This document shows positions 6,202 through 9,014 of a DNA stretch of 9,014 nt, piece after piece. The DNA lies in IMG/VR virus record IMGVR_UViG_3300012155_000041, positions 1-9,014 of that record. One strand, 5' to 3'. The stretch's first letter is position 1, and each line of letters opens with the position of its first letter. Both the position numbers and the translations under genes were made by a program. The DNA is from a virus (lineage: Duplodnaviria > Heunggongvirae > Uroviricota > Caudoviricetes). The notes under the pieces were generated by a model. That model was given only the letters and a program-made list of their open reading frames with translations. It did no database searches and was not told the DNA's origin.

Positions 6202-7958
6202 TGGCAAAAGTGGCTGACGGGATCCGCTACGCCGAACGTGTTGTTGCAGGAGAAATTGTCGCTGGCGAATTTGTCCGTCTGGCCTGCCAGCGTTTTCTTG
6301 ATGATCTGAAGTACGGCGAAGAGCGGGGGATTTATTTCAGTGAACCCCGTGCGCAGCACATCCTGAATTTCTACAAATTTGTGCCCCATGTGAAAGGGGC
6401 GCTGGCAGGCCAGCCCATTGAGTTGATGGACTGGCATGTATTTATCCTCATTAATATTTTTGGTTTTGTCATTCCGCTGGTGAATGAAGAGACCGGGGAA
6501 GTTGTCATGCGCAGCGATGGCAGCGGACGCCCGGTGATGGTGCGCCGGTTCCGGACGGCGTACAACGAAGTCGCCCGTAAAAACGCAAAATCAACCCTGT
6601 CATCGGGTATCGGTCTGTATATGACGGGGGCAGATGGTGAAGGCGGGGCTGAGGTGTATTCAGCCGCAACCACGCGTGACCAGGCCAGAATCGTGTTTGA
6701 AGACGCCAAAAATATGGTCAGAAAAGCCCGGTCGACACTCGGGCGGTTGTTTGATTTCAACAAGCTGGCGATTTACCAGGAGCAGAGCGCATCAAAATTT
6801 GAACCGCTTTCCTCGGATGCAAACAACCTGGACGGTCTGAACATCCACTGCGCCATTATTGATGAGCTGCATGCACATAAAACCCGCGACGTGTGGGACG
6901 TTCTGGAGACGGCAACCGGTGCCCGTCTGCAGTCCCTGTTATTTGGCATCACCACGGCTGGCTTTAACAAGGAAGGGATTTGTTACGAGCAGCGCGATTA
7001 CGCCATTAAGGTATTGCGAGGCTATAACAGCGACGTGGAGGGCGCGGTAAAAGACGACTCCTACTTTGCGATTATTTACACCCTCGATGAGGGCGATGAT
7101 CCGTTTGATGAGACGGTCTGGCAGAAAGCGAACCCCGGACTGGGCATCTGTAAACGCTGGGATGATCTGCGTCGTCTGGCGAAAAAAGCGAAGGAACAGG
7201 TCTCTGCGCGGGTAAATTTTTTTACCAAACACATGAATGTGTGGGTAACAGCAGAGTCTGCCTGGATGGACATGATTAAGTGGGAGAAGTGCGAATACAT
7301 TGCCCCACGACATGAGCTGAAAACGTATCCCATGTGGGTCGGCGTCGACCTTGCTCATAAGATTGATATCTGTGCGGCGGCAAAACTCTGGCGAACGGAT
7401 AACGGGCATGTTCATGCCGATTTTAAATTCTGGCTTCCGGAAGGACGACTGGAGCGATGCTCGCGGCAGCAGGCAGAACTTTACCGGAAGTGGGCGGAGA
7501 TGGATAAGCTGATTCTGACGGATGGTGATGTTATCGATCATGCTCAGATAAAAAGTGACTTACTGGAATGGATTGGTGGTGAAAACCTCAGGGAACTGGG
7601 ATTTGACCCGTGGAGCGCGATGCAGTTCAGCCTGGCACTGGCTGAAGAAGGGATACCGCTGGTGGAGGTTCCGCAGACGGTTCGCAATCTGTCTGAAGCC
7701 ATGAAAGAAACGGAATCACTGGTCTATGCCGGGCGTTTCCATCACAGCAATCATCCGGTCATGAACTGGATGATGTCTAACGTTACGGTAAAACCGGACA
7801 AAAACGACAATATCTTCCCGAATAAATCCACGCCGGAAGCCAAAATCGACGGCCCTGTTGCGATGTTTACAGCAATGAGCCGGATGCTGGTCAATGGTGG
7901 TGAACCGGAGCCGGATCTGTCTGAACATCTGGTCAGTGTGGGCATCCGCTCGCTTTAA
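6201..7958 (+). CDS. Terminase large subunit (Terminase_1 / HK97-like ATPase-nuclease)
   Basis: 585-aa ORF translationally coupled to the small terminase. Size and composition are typical of large terminases, and the flanking HNH, small terminase and portal genes support the call. Confidence 0.9.
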   Translation: MAKVADGIRYAERVVAGEIVAGEFVRLACQRFLDDLKYGEERGIYFSEPRAQHILNFYKFVPHVKGALAGQPIELMDWHVFILINIFGFVIPLVNEETGEVVMRSDGSGRPVMVRRFRTAYNEVARKNAKSTLSSGIGLYMTGADGEGGAEVYSAATTRDQARIVFEDAKNMVRKARSTLGRLFDFNKLAIYQEQSASKFEPLSSDANNLDGLNIHCAIIDELHAHKTRDVWDVLETATGARLQSLLFGITTAGFNKEGICYEQRDYAIKVLRGYNSDVEGAVKDDSYFAIIYTLDEGDDPFDETVWQKANPGLGICKRWDDLRRLAKKAKEQVSARVNFFTKHMNVWVTAESAWMDMIKWEKCEYIAPRHELKTYPMWVGVDLAHKIDICAAAKLWRTDNGHVHADFKFWLPEGRLERCSRQQAELYRKWAEMDKLILTDGDVIDHAQIKSDLLEWIGGENLRELGFDPWSAMQFSLALAEEGIPLVEVPQTVRNLSEAMKETESLVYAGRFHHSNHPVMNWMMSNVTVKPDKNDNIFPNKSTPEAKIDGPVAMFTAMSRMLVNGGEPEPDLSEHLVSVGIRSL

Positions 7959-7969
7959 CCGAGGTCATT

Positions 7970-8152
7970 ATGTTTCTGATAATTCTTGCGCCATTGGTGG
8001 GCGTGCTGGGTGCGCTTTTGCTGGCGTATGGTGCCTGGCTGATTTATCCCCCGGCGGGTTTTGTTGTTGCCGGGGCGCTGTGTCTGTGCTGGTCGTGGCT
8101 GGTTGCGCGTTATCTCGATCGCGGTCACCGGGTCGCCTCCGGAGGTGAGTAA
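7970..8152 (+). CDS. Small hydrophobic protein, 60 aa with 2 predicted transmembrane helices, inserted between the large terminase and portal genes
   Basis: GAGGT at 7961-7965 before the ATG at 7970. Product [60 protein letters not shown]. Its stop TAA (8150-8152) overlaps the portal start (TAATG). Confidence 0.5.
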   Translation: MFLIILAPLVGVLGALLLAYGAWLIYPPAGFVVAGALCLCWSWLVARYLDRGHRVASGGE

Positions 8153-9014
8153 TGTTTTTCCAGGGGCTTTTTCAACGCAAAAATAACACCCCCGTCACAA
8201 CGCCCGGGATGCTTGCGGAAGAACTTGGATTGTCATACGACACCTATACCGGAAAGCGGATCAGCAGCCAGCGGGCCATGCGGCTGACGGCGGTGTATTC
8301 CTGCGTCAGGGTGCTGGCGGAGTCTGTTGGTATGCTGCCCTGCAGCCTCTACAAAATCACCGGCACCCTTAAAACACGGGCGGTGGATGAACGACTGCAT
8401 AAGCTGGTTTCGGCAAAACCTAATGGCTACATGACACCGCAGGAATTCTGGGAGCTGGTTATCGTCTGCCTGTGTCTGCGGGGTAATTTTTACGCCTACA
8501 AGGTAAAGGCACTGGGGGAAGTGGTGGAGCTTCTCCCGATAGATCCGGGCTGTGTGGAACTGAAGCTGAACAGCCAGTGGCAGCCGGTTTATCAGGTGAC
8601 GTTTCCGGATGGTTCCGTGGATGTGTTGACCCAGGATGAAATCTGGCATGTGCGCACCCTGACGCTGGATGGACTTGTCGGTCTGAATCCCATTGCGTAT
8701 GCGCGTGAGGCCATTTCACTGGCAGCGGCAACCGAGGAGCACGGCGCCAGGCTGTTTGGTAACGGCGCTGTGACATCCGGTGTGTTGCGTACAGAACAAA
8801 AGCTCACGCCGGATGCTTATGAGCGCATGAAGAGGGATTTTGAGGAGCGTCATCTTGGGCTGGGTAATGCGCACCGTCCGATGATTCTGGAAATGGGGCT
8901 GGACTGGAAGCCGGTGGCACTGAATGCCGAGGACAGCCAGTTCCTGGAAACCCGCAAGTTTCAGCTGGAAGAAATCTGTCGCCTGTTCCGCGTACCGCTG
9001 CATATGGTGCAGAA
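8152..9014 (+). CDS. Portal protein, HK97 family; N-terminal ~287 codons, 3' end lies outside the window
   Basis: Open frame from the ATG at 8152 (RBS GGAGGTGAG at 8141-8149) to the window end; it has no stop codon, which is why it is absent from the ORF track. Translation [26 protein letters not shown]...AVYSCVRVLAESVGMLPCSLYK...GNAHRPMILEMGLDWKP... resembles HK97-type portals. Confidence 0.85.
   Translation, partial: MFFQGLFQRKNNTPVTTPGMLAEELGLSYDTYTGKRISSQRAMRLTAVYSCVRVLAESVGMLPCSLYKITGTLKTRAVDERLHKLVSAKPNGYMTPQEFWELVIVCLCLRGNFYAYKVKALGEVVELLPIDPGCVELKLNSQWQPVYQVTFPDGSVDVLTQDEIWHVRTLTLDGLVGLNPIAYAREAISLAAATEEHGARLFGNGAVTSGVLRTEQKLTPDAYERMKRDFEERHLGLGNAHRPMILEMGLDWKPVALNAEDSQFLETRKFQLEEICRLFRVPLHMVQ

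Noticed and set aside
6939-7541. 200-aa minus-strand ORF (and other antisense ORFs at 6006..6437, 6371..6763, 7076..7333, 7716..7945) inside the large terminase gene
   Set aside because: They are fully nested antisense to a well-supported 585-aa gene, with no start or RBS context; typical chance ORFs in GC-rich coding sequence.

Overview
This window is the late-operon junction of a lambdoid / HK97-like prophage from an enterobacterium, with every gene on the + strand. All calls come from reading the sequence and the ORF track by eye; nothing was searched or computed. In order: the 3' end of rusA, the late antiterminator Q, a candidate late promoter PR' and terminator tR', an ORF6N-domain gene, and about 1.9 kb with no credible ORF that holds a tRNA-Thr(UGU)/tRNA-Gly(UCC) pair flanked by two copies of a 24-nt box, each followed by an intrinsic terminator. 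Then comes a lysis cassette (two multi-pass membrane proteins, an M15-type peptidase endolysin, a small lipoprotein), two small unknown genes, an HNH endonuclease, a presumed cos region, terminase small and large subunits, a 60-aa membrane protein and the 5' part of an HK97-family portal gene. The most unusual part is the cargo between Q and the lysis genes, the slot where Stx phages carry tRNAs and toxin genes; here it holds the ORF6N gene and RNA elements (candidate small RNAs), which are hypotheses only. No recognisable defence system, toxin gene, integrase, CRISPR array or IS element was seen.
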